Assembly (NCBI GenBank): GCA_973895155.1
Contig: OZ316891.1
Coordinates: forward strand, 28,091,145-28,155,144
Source of the DNA: Marsupella aquatica
Lineage: Eukaryota > Plantae > Marchantiophyta
Length of the DNA: 64,000 nucleotides
Direction of reading: 5' to 3'
How positions within the stretch are numbered: the first letter of the stretch is position 1; every line of letters begins with the position of its first letter. The notes beneath the pieces were generated by a model that was not told where the DNA came from, made no database searches, and worked only from the letters and a program-made list of their open reading frames with translations. The translations under genes were made by a program, and so were the position numbers. This document shows, piece after piece, positions 63,181 through 64,000 of the stretch.

Positions 63181-64000
63181 CTAGCTTTCATGGTCCTCAA
63201 AACACTCTTGGGAAATCTTCGCAGCGGGTGTGAGAGTCGCAACACATTTGAACTTGTGTTGACTGTACTTTTCTCTAATGGCGGGCAACGTGCAGTTCCT
63301 TGTGTTGCTTTGTAGCTCGTGAATTTCCTTCACGCATTCTTTCAGGTCTGACGCCCGATACCCTGTGTAGTGCCTCAGAGTTGAAGTCCAAGGGTTCGAT
63401 GTCCCGTAGATGGTAAGTCTGGCAACAAAGACGGCGGATGCAGCAACCATGGACGGGAGATAATGTAGAAAAGTGTACTCCACAAGCGTCAGCTCAGCGA
63501 GGTAATTGCCTAGGAACTCGAGCTGAAGTTCCGGGGTTCCTGCTTGTGACGCTCGGATGAAGCGCCTCAGAAAGCTTTTGGTCGTTGGAGTGGTGAGCTC
63601 GAAATGTAAGTTAGTTAGTACCCGCCTTTCCATCTCCAAAACCTCCTCACGAGCATAGGTGTTGTCGGTGATGTAGCAGAACTCCTCGACTTGTGGAGCG
63701 CAAATCTCCTCGTACTTAGCTGCAATCAACATGCAAGACACTCCTAGAAGCTGCAGGCGCTGCCTGTTGACGACGTTTTTGGAAAGAAAACGATCGATGT
63801 ATGAAACTGTCAAATAAAGAGTGTCTGGGACCAGTTTGTACTCCTCGGCGACTTCCACAAGCCAATCAATCAGAATGCCTCTCATACTGGGATTTATGTC
63901 CTGTTGCAATCCCTCCATGAACTCTGTCGTAGGCCTTCTCTTGACCTCTTGCATTCGCAGATGCTGGTATATATCCACAGCATAAATACTGCACATTTGC
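63181..64000 (-). CDS. CYCA: A-type cyclin (cyclin N and C boxes); 5' part beyond the window
   Basis: MRGILIDWLVEVAEEYKLVPDTLYLTV (the LVEVxEEY cyclin-A signature), KYEEICAPQVEEFCYITDNTY, FLRRF and YLAEL in 271 uninterrupted codons. Confidence 0.97.
   Translation of the reverse strand, partial: QMCSIYAVDIYQHLRMQEVKRRPTTEFMEGLQQDINPSMRGILIDWLVEVAEEYKLVPDTLYLTVSYIDRFLSKNVVNRQRLQLLGVSCMLIAAKYEEICAPQVEEFCYITDNTYAREEVLEMERRVLTNLHFELTTPTTKSFLRRFIRASQAGTPELQLEFLGNYLAELTLVEYTFLHYLPSMVAASAVFVARLTIYGTSNPWTSTLRHYTGYRASDLKECVKEIHELQSNTRNCTLPAIREKYSQHKFKCVATLTPAAKISQECFEDHES

Overview
Eukaryotic, TE-rich land-plant nuclear DNA, probably from a non-seed plant (inferred only). Five genes look intact: an Oxidored-like-domain gene (-), a single-exon Ser/acidic-rich uncharacterised gene (+), a 5-exon pectate lyase-like gene (-), a 13-exon ureidoglycine aminohydrolase (+), and an A-type cyclin running off the right edge with no introns over 271 codons (-). 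There is also an RPL32 pseudogene. The spacers hold a decayed Ty1/copia whose 5' LTR is fused to the gag zinc knuckle, three copia-type solo LTRs with 5-bp TSDs, a probable Gypsy LTR, and three 5'-truncated non-LTR retroelements encoding a restriction-like endonuclease (CRE-like, one with an 8-bp TSD). They also hold a tRNA-derived SINE with a TSD, short Helitron-like elements sharing a 5' hairpin (one head-to-tail pair contains a fold-back with 142-bp arms), TA-flanked TIR elements and many tandem repeats. I see no clearly new biological system; the CRE-like, Helitron-like and TIR families are the best candidates for undescribed elements. All calls were made by eye without database searches.
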